Notes under the pieces: model-generated
The model's input: only the letters and a program-made list of their open reading frames with translations
Databases searched by the model: none
What the model was told of the DNA's origin: nothing
Part shown: positions 35,080 through 44,432 of the stretch, piece after piece
Layout: every line of letters begins with the position of its first letter
Position numbering within the stretch: the first letter of the stretch is position 1
Source of the DNA: Escherichia phage SECphi4
Strand: one strand, 5' to 3'
Length of the DNA stretch: 44,569 nucleotides
Sequence record: MT331608
Program-made: the position numbers and the translations under genes

Positions 35080-35864
35080 ATAAACTATATCGCGAGGCGA
35101 CACGCTTCGACCCATCGGGCCGCGTTCGCCTGATTCACATTGACGCTCAGGACGTGGAACCAGGAGACGGCGCGATCGGCGCGGGCCATCACTATTTTCA
35201 TTACTGCTTTATCCCGCACACTGCGGAGGATATTGCTGCCGCTGGGGGTGACGAGGATAAGCTGAAGCCAAAATCCATCTTCTTCGGCGGGCAGGAGTTC
35301 GAATTCTGGCCCTTCGATCTGTCTGGCCTTAACTTCTCCACATCGACGGCAGCAGAACCGCAACTAACAATCGTCGATATTGGCGGCATAATAACCCGGC
35401 TGTCGCTGAACCACGACCAGCTACTTGGCGCGAAGGTTGAGATCATTGATACGTTCGCGAAGTTCCTGGACAACGGGACAGATCCAGACCCGACGCAGAA
35501 ACGAGTCCAGGAGTATTACATCGACTCGCAGGTCGGGCGCAATCCGGGCAAGCAAATCACCTTCGCACTATCCTCACCTGCGGATATGGAAGGGCAGGTC
35601 GTTCCACGTCGCCAAATCATGAACATGTGCGAATGGGCGCTCAACGGGAAGTACGCCAGCGGGGACGGTTGCACTTGGAACCTTGCGAAGCCAGGCATCA
35701 AGTATTACGACGAACGCGGAAACGAAGTCATCGCAATGAATATGGACAGATGCGGTGGCTGTTTGTCAGATTGTTATCTTCGTTTTGGTCAGGGGCTTGC
35801 CGACCCGAAAGCTGCGGTGCTGGACTTCGGTGGTTTTCCAGGGTCCAAATTGATTAAGGGGTAA
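35076..35864 (+). CDS. Minor tail protein (lambda gpL-like)
   Basis: 262 aa with the conserved cysteine cluster and C-terminal FGGF pattern seen in lambda L. Confidence 0.8.
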   Translation: MNKLYREATRFDPSGRVRLIHIDAQDVEPGDGAIGAGHHYFHYCFIPHTAEDIAAAGGDEDKLKPKSIFFGGQEFEFWPFDLSGLNFSTSTAAEPQLTIVDIGGIITRLSLNHDQLLGAKVEIIDTFAKFLDNGTDPDPTQKRVQEYYIDSQVGRNPGKQITFALSSPADMEGQVVPRRQIMNMCEWALNGKYASGDGCTWNLAKPGIKYYDERGNEVIAMNMDRCGGCLSDCYLRFGQGLADPKAAVLDFGGFPGSKLIKG

Positions 35865-35866
35865 CC

Positions 35867-36607
35867 ATGTTAACGAAAAAGGTTAAAAGCGATATCGCCG
35901 CGCACGTTGCGGCATGTCTGCCGGAAGAAGCCTGTGGGCTGGTCGTCATGGTGGGCCGCAAACAAGTATTTGTCCCGTGCATGAACGTATTCGAAGACCC
36001 GACCGGCGTGCGCTCACGCAAAGACGCGTTTACGATTAGTGATATGGCCTGGATGGATGCGGAGGATATGGGCGACGTCGTGCGCGTAGTCCACTCGCAT
36101 CCAGGCCAGCGAGAGCTTACCCCCTCACTGGGCGACGTTAACGGATGCAACGGCAGCGGCGTAGTCTGGACCATCACTAACGAATATGGCGACTTTATCG
36201 AGATCGACCCTGAAGACCCGCCGCTGGTGGGGCGTCGATTTGTTCTCGGAATTACGGATTGTTACGGCCTCGTCATGGACTGGCACAAAAAGCAGGGCGT
36301 AAACCTGCCAGACTTCCGCGTGCCGTATAACTGGTGGGAGACAGGCGAAAATCTGTATATGGATAATTGGTACGGCGCAGGCTTCAGGGAATGCGAGGAG
36401 AATACGCCGGGGGCAATGGTCATCATGCAGATTAGCGCTCCAGTGCCTAACCATGCCGGGATATTCCTTCCGGGCAACCAATTACTGCACCATATCTACG
36501 GCAGTCTGTCGAGCGTTATACCCTTCCGGTCAGGATTTTTCCGCGACAATGTGGTTAAATGGGTACGTCATAAAGACCTACCGGGGAATATCACAGAATG
36601 GCAATGA
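35867..36607 (+). CDS. Tail assembly protein (lambda gpK-like; MPN/JAB plus NlpC/P60 domains)
   Basis: HSHP...S..D JAMM-like motif followed by a Cys/His NlpC/P60-like region. Confidence 0.8.
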   Translation: MLTKKVKSDIAAHVAACLPEEACGLVVMVGRKQVFVPCMNVFEDPTGVRSRKDAFTISDMAWMDAEDMGDVVRVVHSHPGQRELTPSLGDVNGCNGSGVVWTITNEYGDFIEIDPEDPPLVGRRFVLGITDCYGLVMDWHKKQGVNLPDFRVPYNWWETGENLYMDNWYGAGFRECEENTPGAMVIMQISAPVPNHAGIFLPGNQLLHHIYGSLSSVIPFRSGFFRDNVVKWVRHKDLPGNITEWQ

Positions 36608-37215
36608 CAACGTTTAAATTGTACGGCGTCTTAGGGCGTCGTTTTGGTAAAGTGCATAAGCTGGACTGCTTCACACCGGGAGAAGGCATCACCGGCCTGT
36701 GTGTGAAGTTGCCAGGGTTACAAGACTTTTTAATGTCGGCCCACCTGGACAATATGATGTTCAAGGTGCGCAAAGGCAACCACACGATGACCGGTTATGA
36801 TGAGCTTGGCGAGTTCCACGGCAACCGCGTCGTTACCATCGCGCCGGTTATGACGGGGGCAAAAAGCGGACTGGGCCAATTGCTGGCGGGTGTCGCGATT
36901 GTAGTGGCGTCGTTCTATACTGGCGGACTTGCTACTGCCGCTTTCGGGGCTTCGGCTGCAACCGCTGCCGCTATCGGTACGGCTACATTTTCGTTCGGCA
37001 TGTCGCTTGCGCTGGGCGGTGCTATGCAATTGCTGTCCCCACAGCCGAAAGGATTGCAGACCCGGCAGGACGTGGATAACAAAGCGTCGTATGCGTTCGG
37101 CGGCCCTGTAAACACGACCGCACAAGGTACGGCACTTGGTGTATTATGGGGCGAGCGCGAGATCGGCGGCGCTATTATTTCAGCCGGAATCGTAACCGAG
37201 GACTTGAACGAATGA
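36598..37215 (+). CDS. Tail assembly protein (lambda gpI-like)
   Basis: 205 aa; glycine/alanine-rich hydrophobic C-terminal half; position between K-like and J-like genes. Confidence 0.7.
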   Translation: MAMTTFKLYGVLGRRFGKVHKLDCFTPGEGITGLCVKLPGLQDFLMSAHLDNMMFKVRKGNHTMTGYDELGEFHGNRVVTIAPVMTGAKSGLGQLLAGVAIVVASFYTGGLATAAFGASAATAAAIGTATFSFGMSLALGGAMQLLSPQPKGLQTRQDVDNKASYAFGGPVNTTAQGTALGVLWGEREIGGAIISAGIVTEDLNE

Positions 37216-40200
37216 CGATTGTATACGACGTCACAGGCCATAAAGGCGGCGGAGGCAAACAGCACACCCCACAGGAGACGCCTGATAGCCTGCATTCGCT
37301 GGCTAAAATCCGCATCTTGCTTGCGCTGGGTGAAGGGGAATTCGAAGGCATTACGAGCGCCAGCGAATTGCGGCAGCGTGTATACCTGGATGGAACACCT
37401 ATCCAGAACGCAGACCTGTCTGAAAACTTCCCCGGAGCGCGCGTGGAGTTCCGCCCCGGCACACAGCACCAGGATGTGATCCACGGATTTTCAGCGGTGG
37501 AAAGTGAGCAATCCGTCGGTGTAAAACTGGAAAACGGTACGCCGTGGGTGCGCCAGATTAACGACACCAGTCTTGACGCCGTGCGCGTTCGCATCGGCAT
37601 TCCTGCCCTGTACACTAGCGAAGATAATGGCGACCTGGTGGGCGGGCGCATCGACTATAAGATCGTTGTGTATACAGATAACGCCGACCCGCGTGAGTTT
37701 ACCTTCGCTGCCGTTGGTAAAACAATGTCGCTATACGAGCGCGATCACCGCATCGAGCTACCGCCGAACGTTAACACCGGCTGGCGCGTGGAGGTGCACC
37801 GCATAACGGCAGACTCCACATCGGCAAAAGTGGTTAACGATATCCAGGTGCAATCTATTACTGAGATTATCGACGCCCGTCTTCGCTACCCGCTAACCGC
37901 GCTGTTGTTCGTGGAGTTCGACGCTAAAGCGTTCCAGAACATCCCGCGCGTGTCCATTAAGTGCAAAGGCCGCAAAGTTCTAATACCGAACAACTACGAC
38001 CCGATTAATCATACTTATTCTGGCGACTGGGACGGAACGTTTAAACGCGCATGGTCGGACAACCCTGCGTGGCACTGGTACGATATTTGTATTACTGAGC
38101 GCTTCGGCCTCGGTCGCCGGATCAAACCGCAAATGCTGAACCGGTACGCGCTCTACCAGATCGCGCAGCGCTGCGATCAGTTGGTCAGCGACGGCAACGG
38201 CGGACGGGAAATCCGATTTAAGAATGATATGTACATCCAGTCGCAGACAGACGCCTGGACCGTGCTTAAGGATTTAGCTGCCATCTTCGCCGGGATGACC
38301 TGGTGGGGAAACCAAATGTTGAATATCGTCAGTGACCAACCGGTCGCAGCAGTGTCGCACACTATCACCAACGCCTCGGTTATTGATGGTCGATTCGACT
38401 ACGCATCTGGCAGCCAGAAAACGCGGTACTCCACTTTCGCGGTAGCATACGGCAACCCGAAAAACCACTATGATGACGCTATCGCAACGGGCCAGCGCGT
38501 CGAACTGGTGCGCCGCCATAAGATTAACCGTCTTGATATAACGGCGATCGGCTGTACGCGCGAATCTGAAGCGCAACGCCGCGGACACTGGGCGCTAATC
38601 TCCAACCAGTTGGACCAGCAGGTCAGCTTCAAGGTTGGCATGGAGGGGCTATTCTTTATTCCTGGTAGCGTAGTCGCGATCGCGGATACTAATATTTCTG
38701 GCGGATTCGAGACTCGCGGCGGTCGCCTGTTGTCAGACCCTGGCACGCGTACCGTGCTTAACACAGACAGCGAAATCACATTCCGCCCTGGTGATAAGTT
38801 CCTGGTGCGCACCGATAGCGGAAATGTGGAGACTCGCGAGATCGCCAGCGTCAACGGCAACAAGGTCACGCTAAAAACCGCACTGGATGCCGACCCGATT
38901 CCAGACCAACCGTTTTGCGTTGATGGCGACGATATCCAGTTGCAAAAATTCCGCATCACCGATCTGGAGTATGACGACTCTACGAGCACTTTCTCGGTGC
39001 GCGGGATTGAATACAACGATAGCAAATATGATGCCGTTGATAATGGCGCACGACTAGACCCAGGCATCTTTACGCAAGTGCCAGACGGGGTAATGAAGGG
39101 GCCGGAATCCGTTACCATCACCCCGTCGCAGATTTCATCGCAAGGACAGCTAATCACCAACGTGGATATTGTTTTCCCGCCGGTGAAAGATGCCGTGGTG
39201 TATGAAATCCAGTGGAGGCGTACAAGCCTGCAGAATATGGCGGTCCAGTGGGGTAACGACTGGGTGAATATCCCGCGCACGGCGTCGAATGGCGCGCACA
39301 TCCCTAACGTGTTCTCCGGAAACTACCAGGCGCGCGTCCGTGCGATCGGTATGGGCGAGATTTCATCCCCGTGGGTGTCGTCCGCCATCACGCCGGTCGA
39401 AGGTCGCCTCGGGGGACTTAACGCGCCTATCATCACCAACGCGATTTCTGGCCTTCACCAGATCTTGTGGAAGTGGAATCACAACAACGCCGCGACGGAT
39501 ATTTCTTACACCGAGCTTGAAGTCCGCAAGACGGGCGAAACGGAATGGAAGTTCTTAACAAACGTCCCGTATCCTGGCGCGGAGTACGCGCAAACGTCGC
39601 TGGAGTTCGGAATTTACCAGCAGTTGCGCGCCCGTGTAGCGGATAAAATCGGCAACCTGTCGGACTGGTCGGCCCCGTTTGAAGGGCAGGTGAGTGACAA
39701 AGTTGACGAGTACATGAAGGGGCTTGATGACGAGTTCTTGACTTCCGAGGATGGTAAACGCTTCCAGGAAGCAATCGACACTGTCCCGCAGGGTATTTAC
39801 GAGGCGATGCTCACCGACGCGCAGCAATTGTTCAACGCCCGCGCCGAGTACAAAGGGATTTATGCGGAAATAAAGGTGGCGTATAACGTGGCGGCAGACG
39901 CCCACAAGGCAGTCGCGCAACTGGAAACGTTGATCGGCACGCGCCTCGATGATGCGGAAGCGGCGATCCACACGTTGCAGACAGCGCAAAGCACACAGGA
40001 ACAAGCATTCGCCCAGTACCAGCAAACTGTTGCCGCTAAGTTTTCGGAACAGGAAGCCGCCATCCAGCAGGTACAAACGGCAACGGCGGACGTAGCGGGC
40101 GCGCTGGCGGAGTACAAGACCCAAGTCGCGGCGCAGTTCGGGCAGCAGTCCGCCGCTATCGAGCAGAAGATGACATCTTCGTTCAACCATGCGGGTGGTA

Positions 40201-40631
40201 GCGCCACATACAGCCTTAAGGCTGGCGTGACGTATAACGGGACTTACTACGACGCGGGTATGCAGCTTTCTGTTGTGACGGAAGGCGACGCGGTTAAATC
40301 CAGCATCGCGTTCAAAGCGGACCAGTTCTACATAATGCACCCATCTAACGGGTCGCTTTCGTCCGCGTTTATCGTAGACGGAGGCGCGGTGTATATTGAC
40401 ACGGCACGCATCAAAGACGCGACTATCAACTTCGCGCAGATCACGGACACGTTGCAATCGAATAACTATGACGGCGACACGCGTGGTTGGCGCTTAGGGA
40501 AAGATGGGACGTTTATCAACCTGGGAACCGGTAACGGTGGCGGGATGAAACAGACGAACACGCAAATCAGCGTGAAAGATGGGAACGGCGTTCTGCGCGT
40601 GCAGATTGGCGAAATTACGGGCAGTTGGTAA
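37212..40631 (+). CDS. Central tail fibre / host specificity protein (lambda gpJ-like)
   Basis: 1139 aa; N-terminus GGGKQHTPQETPDSLHSLAKIRILLALGEGEFEGI parallels the lambda J N-terminus; GAGGA SD. Confidence 0.85.
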   Translation: MTIVYDVTGHKGGGGKQHTPQETPDSLHSLAKIRILLALGEGEFEGITSASELRQRVYLDGTPIQNADLSENFPGARVEFRPGTQHQDVIHGFSAVESEQSVGVKLENGTPWVRQINDTSLDAVRVRIGIPALYTSEDNGDLVGGRIDYKIVVYTDNADPREFTFAAVGKTMSLYERDHRIELPPNVNTGWRVEVHRITADSTSAKVVNDIQVQSITEIIDARLRYPLTALLFVEFDAKAFQNIPRVSIKCKGRKVLIPNNYDPINHTYSGDWDGTFKRAWSDNPAWHWYDICITERFGLGRRIKPQMLNRYALYQIAQRCDQLVSDGNGGREIRFKNDMYIQSQTDAWTVLKDLAAIFAGMTWWGNQMLNIVSDQPVAAVSHTITNASVIDGRFDYASGSQKTRYSTFAVAYGNPKNHYDDAIATGQRVELVRRHKINRLDITAIGCTRESEAQRRGHWALISNQLDQQVSFKVGMEGLFFIPGSVVAIADTNISGGFETRGGRLLSDPGTRTVLNTDSEITFRPGDKFLVRTDSGNVETREIASVNGNKVTLKTALDADPIPDQPFCVDGDDIQLQKFRITDLEYDDSTSTFSVRGIEYNDSKYDAVDNGARLDPGIFTQVPDGVMKGPESVTITPSQISSQGQLITNVDIVFPPVKDAVVYEIQWRRTSLQNMAVQWGNDWVNIPRTASNGAHIPNVFSGNYQARVRAIGMGEISSPWVSSAITPVEGRLGGLNAPIITNAISGLHQILWKWNHNNAATDISYTELEVRKTGETEWKFLTNVPYPGAEYAQTSLEFGIYQQLRARVADKIGNLSDWSAPFEGQVSDKVDEYMKGLDDEFLTSEDGKRFQEAIDTVPQGIYEAMLTDAQQLFNARAEYKGIYAEIKVAYNVAADAHKAVAQLETLIGTRLDDAEAAIHTLQTAQSTQEQAFAQYQQTVAAKFSEQEAAIQQVQTATADVAGALAEYKTQVAAQFGQQSAAIEQKMTSSFNHAGGSATYSLKAGVTYNGTYYDAGMQLSVVTEGDAVKSSIAFKADQFYIMHPSNGSLSSAFIVDGGAVYIDTARIKDATINFAQITDTLQSNNYDGDTRGWRLGKDGTFINLGTGNGGGMKQTNTQISVKDGNGVLRVQIGEITGSW

Positions 40632-40636
40632 CCTAC

Positions 40637-40658
40637 GGGGCTTTGGCCCCTTTCTTTT
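40637..40658 (+). terminator. Rho-independent terminator after the J-like gene
   Basis: Stem GGGGC/GCCCC with short loop followed by TTTCTTTT. Confidence 0.55.
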
Positions 40659-40669
40659 GGAGGTAATGT

Positions 40670-40972
40670 ATGGCTTTCGGAGTCGAAACATGGGACGAAC
40701 AAGGGCGACCAAACAACTACGGAATCAAACCGGTGTCGGTTGTCGGAATTATTAAACTGGCACAAGGTCAAACATCGGGGGCGTGGGCGTTCGATATTCC
40801 GTCAGGGATGAAAGTAGGTTTTGCGGTTACGCTGGACGTTGGCGGCACTACGGTCGGTAGGGCGATCCGTGCCAGCGGGAACACGATAACAGTGTCCGCG
40901 GCAAACAGCGCCGGTATTGGAAACTACCCGGCGTCAGAATGTGAAGTAGTAGTTTTTGTGGAGAAAGCGTAA
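40670..40972 (+). CDS. Hypothetical tail-associated protein
   Basis: 100-aa ORF with SD, between the J-like and fibre genes. Confidence 0.45.
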   Translation: MAFGVETWDEQGRPNNYGIKPVSVVGIIKLAQGQTSGAWAFDIPSGMKVGFAVTLDVGGTTVGRAIRASGNTITVSAANSAGIGNYPASECEVVVFVEKA

Positions 40973-40974
40973 AA

Positions 40975-41646
40975 ATGGCAAACTTCGGCGCGTTAATCGA
41001 TAACAACAACGGCAACCCATTCGTCACGCCAAACTCAACGCCGTTCGTCCTCTACGCTAAGGTGTCGGCAAATTCAGTGGACGCCGGTGCTGATTATAAA
41101 ACAGCAAGCGGGGGCGTGGATATCCCCTCGAACTATCCGGCAATGGTTTTCATGCGGTCAAACAACCGTTGCGTCCTGGCGGCGTCACGATCAGGTAATC
41201 GGATTATATTTAGCGGAAGCATTCAGGGGCAGAATAACCCACATTTTACCGTCACGGCGTACATATTCGCGCGGTTCCCGCAACCGCTGCCAAAATGGGG
41301 CTTTGCTATTTGGGACGCCAGCGGGACTTGCATACTAACCAACGAAAGCAAGGTGCTCACCGATCTAGTAACTGTCGGCAGCTTCGGTAATAGCGGAGGG
41401 ATTAACATAGACCAGACGCTGCCTGGTAAGTACGCGGTATCACCTATGTTAATGGGCGCTACTCTGATCCAGATCTTTGTACAGGGGCAGCCACAGATTA
41501 TCCAGATCTCGGCGGGGGCAGGGGCTTACGACAACGGAAGCGGCACTCGTATTAACGCAGTCGCTACGCAGGCTGGGTCTGGTAGCATCGCCGGGTATCA
41601 AAACACCGGCGTTGCGCTGACCGCAATTAACGTTGATGGGATATGA
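40975..41646 (+). CDS. Hypothetical tail-associated protein
   Basis: 223-aa Gly/Ser/Asn-rich ORF. Confidence 0.45.
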   Translation: MANFGALIDNNNGNPFVTPNSTPFVLYAKVSANSVDAGADYKTASGGVDIPSNYPAMVFMRSNNRCVLAASRSGNRIIFSGSIQGQNNPHFTVTAYIFARFPQPLPKWGFAIWDASGTCILTNESKVLTDLVTVGSFGNSGGINIDQTLPGKYAVSPMLMGATLIQIFVQGQPQIIQISAGAGAYDNGSGTRINAVATQAGSGSIAGYQNTGVALTAINVDGI

Positions 41647-41670
41647 AAAAGCCCCTTTCGGGGCTTATTT
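41646..41670. terminator. Bidirectional rho-independent terminator between convergent genes
   Basis: Stem AGCCCC/GGGGCT with TTTC loop flanked by an A run and a T run. Confidence 0.6.
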
Positions 41671-41886
41671 GCAGGTTGTGCTTTTGAAGTGGTCAACCGA
41701 CACATACTGGAAGTTGAATGGGTATCCCGCCCGTAACATTTTATGACCGTTAACGTCTGCAACCCCAAACACCGGGACCGAGTATTCCATGCCGCTATTA
41801 ATATATGTCGCGTCGCAGATTTTAGACGGCATATTGGCGCAACCGGACAAAAAAAAAGCCGCACAAATCATAATTAAAGTTTTCAT
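41665..41886 (-). CDS. Small lipoprotein (73 aa), candidate superinfection-exclusion protein
   Basis: Signal peptide MKTLIMICAAFFLSGC with lipobox LSGC; opposite strand to the flanking tail genes. Confidence 0.6.
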   Translation of the reverse strand: MKTLIMICAAFFLSGCANMPSKICDATYINSGMEYSVPVFGVADVNGHKMLRAGYPFNFQYVSVDHFKSTTCK

Positions 41887-41916
41887 GGTATCATCTCTTA
41901 TATTTGGTTGAGTTTT

Positions 41917-41945
41917 AGTATCGCACTGCTTAACCATTAATGCAA
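41917..41945 (-). promoter_or_regulatory. Candidate promoter (TTGCAT-N17-GATACT) with an ATTGGTTGCA copy
   Basis: Motif at 41941..41950 on the complementary strand, upstream of the lipoprotein gene. Confidence 0.35.
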
Positions 41946-41966
41946 CCAATTTATGAGGATTTAGCA

Positions 41967-43784
41967 ATGGCGGCGGGAACATTATCCGTAACGAATAACA
42001 GCAAGACAGTTGTAGGGGTTGGCACGACGTTCACCGCGTTTAAAGCTGGCGACTTCTTAACTCTGGTGGTGGGGCAAGTGCCTTACACTGTTGCGATCGC
42101 GTCCGTAGAAAGCGACACCGCGCTTACGCTGGTGCTGCCGTTCGACGGCCCAACGGCAGCAGGCCTTGCGTGGGATGGCGTTAAGCGCGATACCATGTCG
42201 CTGGCAACGATGGGCGTAACAGTACAGGCACAGAAAGCGTTGCGCTTGATGCTCGCGGACGAAAACAACTGGCGTGCGATATTCGGAGACGAAGAAGAAA
42301 TCACGGTAACGCTGCCGAACGGGCAAGTAATGCAGGGTATGTCGTGGGGCTATCTGTCGCAATTGATGAAGGAAATAGACCCCGTTGAGATGCGCAACCT
42401 GCAACAAAAAACCCGCGAGTCTGAGTTAGCCACGTGGCATTATCGGCAGGAGGTCGAAGGCTTTAAGAACGACACCAATTCCATCAAGGACCAGACAAAC
42501 CAGATTAAGGAGGATACGCAGGCTATCCACGACGCCACCAATGCCATCAAGGACCAGACAAACCAGATTAAGGCTGACACCGGCGTTATTCGCGACGAGG
42601 CCAATGCCGCGAATGCTGAAGCGCAAGCCGCCAGCACTGCCGCGCAGGGATTTCGCGATCAGGCCGAAGAATTGGTGCAAAGCATAAACCCCGACAATCT
42701 GCTAACCAAATCCGGCAACCTGGCGGGCCTGGCTGACCGCGCCGCTTCATGGCTTAATATTCGCCCGATTGGACCTACTCCGCTCGCTGGCGATCCTGTT
42801 GACGATTATGACGCCACCACGAAGCGTTGGGTGCAGAATACGCTAAACTCTGGCGTAATCGGACAAAGCTGGGGTGTTAAGAACGTAAATGTTAGCACCC
42901 CAGAGCCAGGCGTTAACGTCAGTGGCGGAATGTTGGTGTCTGAATACTCCAACCCGGAACGCAGTCTTTTTGCTCGCCTATACTCGAACACTGTATGGGG
43001 TTATCCTGGAGCGGCTATTATTGAGGCGGAAGGTAGTAACAAGCACACATACCAGTTTTTTGAAGACGGCACTGTTGATTTCAGGAAATCCGGTAATTCA
43101 AACCGAGTCAGCATGCACACATCCACCTCAAGTTGGTATAACGTCACAACGGCGTCACGCACCGACTTGACATCAGGTGGGGTTGACAGAATTCTGGAAG
43201 CAGAGGCGTCGGATATTTTAGTACTGGGGTACACTATTGGTGCGTCACGTCCTGACGGCTACCCAACAAAAGTAGGCTTTCATCAATATATTTGGCCTAC
43301 GGAATCATACAACTTCGCTTCAGCGGTAATCTCAATTGGTGCGGACAATGGTTGGTGTAAATTCCTTTTTGGTGTGGACGGGGTGATCTGGGGGTCTACA
43401 GATCAAGGTGATTTTTCCTACACCCGTAACGGTGTGTCCGACTCGCGTGTTAAGCACGGCATAGAGCCAACAACCGTTGATAAGGCGTGGAGTAACTTGA
43501 CATCCCTACAGTTTGTAACGTTTGTTTATAATAACGATGAGCAGGAGCGCCAGCGACGTGGCATTATCGCGCAGCAAGCAGAGACTGTAGATAAGCTATA
43601 TGTAAAAACAAGGGTTTATCCTGGTAAAAATACAGGGGACTCTATGGTTGAACAGAAGGAACTGGATACTATGCCATTGCTTCTTGACACCATGCATGTT
43701 GTGCAAACGCTGATGCTGAAGATCGAGGCGATGGAAGCAGAGATTGCCACCCTTAGAGAAGAAGTGGCGGAGTTGAAGAAATAA
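41967..43784 (+). CDS. Side tail fibre with coiled-coil repeats and probable C-terminal intramolecular chaperone domain
   Basis: 605 aa; tandem 21-aa repeats (T-N-x-I-K-D-Q-T-N-Q-I-K); C-terminal SDSRVK...GIIAQ motifs resemble the S74-type chaperone domain. Confidence 0.7.
   Translation: MAAGTLSVTNNSKTVVGVGTTFTAFKAGDFLTLVVGQVPYTVAIASVESDTALTLVLPFDGPTAAGLAWDGVKRDTMSLATMGVTVQAQKALRLMLADENNWRAIFGDEEEITVTLPNGQVMQGMSWGYLSQLMKEIDPVEMRNLQQKTRESELATWHYRQEVEGFKNDTNSIKDQTNQIKEDTQAIHDATNAIKDQTNQIKADTGVIRDEANAANAEAQAASTAAQGFRDQAEELVQSINPDNLLTKSGNLAGLADRAASWLNIRPIGPTPLAGDPVDDYDATTKRWVQNTLNSGVIGQSWGVKNVNVSTPEPGVNVSGGMLVSEYSNPERSLFARLYSNTVWGYPGAAIIEAEGSNKHTYQFFEDGTVDFRKSGNSNRVSMHTSTSSWYNVTTASRTDLTSGGVDRILEAEASDILVLGYTIGASRPDGYPTKVGFHQYIWPTESYNFASAVISIGADNGWCKFLFGVDGVIWGSTDQGDFSYTRNGVSDSRVKHGIEPTTVDKAWSNLTSLQFVTFVYNNDEQERQRRGIIAQQAETVDKLYVKTRVYPGKNTGDSMVEQKELDTMPLLLDTMHVVQTLMLKIEAMEAEIATLREEVAELKK
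42471..42590. repeat. Tandem 63-bp repeat inside the fibre gene
   Basis: Repeated aat(t/g)ccatcaaggaccagacaaaccagattaagg at about 42477 and 42540. Confidence 0.8.
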
Positions 43785-43787
43785 ACT

Positions 43788-43816
43788 AAAAAGGGGCCAT
43801 GCGGCCCTTTTTTTTT
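43788..43816. terminator. Bidirectional rho-independent terminator where the two arms converge
   Basis: Stem GGGCC/GGCCC with ATGC loop flanked by A5 and T9. Confidence 0.7.
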
Positions 43817-44390
43817 AGTTTGAGTTTTCCCAATCCATTTTGCGCCTCACCAGCGGGCTTTCGAAGTATTCCTTACCTTCCACTTCCACTAAAGGCCAAT
43901 CGTTCACGATCACGTATGGCTCTGCTATATCCTCAATCACACCGTGCGCGCTATGCTGCCCAAACGACACACCAACCAGAATAACACCGGCAACTCGACG
44001 GGAAAGATACTCGCGAGCGCAACGGGCCTCAACCAGCCCGCGACGGATGCCGCTGGTAGCTTTGACCTCATAGGTCCAGACGGCATCAATCATGTGTTCC
44101 CGGAAGTCTGGGCCGGATTTAACCTTGCGCTTACCGACCATGATAATATCGCCGCGGTCGATAGTGTTAGCGCTAAACAGGCCGGTACGCATTAGCAAAC
44201 CTTGCGGAATACAGCTACGCCCGCCCGCCTGCCCTTCGAGGTACATGCCCGCAAACATCTCACCCAGCACACCGACCAGACGGCTTTGCTTGCAAGCGTC
44301 GGACTTGTATCGCCACTGGTCAAACTCGATGCTCGCGATCATCGCCGCCAGGTGGAATTGTTTACCAGATATTTCATATTCGCCGTACAT
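43815..44390 (-). CDS. Hypothetical protein with PD-(D/E)XK-like motif
   Basis: 191 aa; GPDF...IDAVWTYEVK resembles a restriction-endonuclease-fold core; last gene of the minus-strand arm. Confidence 0.5.
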   Translation of the reverse strand: MYGEYEISGKQFHLAAMIASIEFDQWRYKSDACKQSRLVGVLGEMFAGMYLEGQAGGRSCIPQGLLMRTGLFSANTIDRGDIIMVGKRKVKSGPDFREHMIDAVWTYEVKATSGIRRGLVEARCAREYLSRRVAGVILVGVSFGQHSAHGVIEDIAEPYVIVNDWPLVEVEGKEYFESPLVRRKMDWENSN

Positions 44391-44432
44391 TGTGTGGCCC
44401 CTATTGATGCGGGCCGAAGCCCGCGATTAGAA

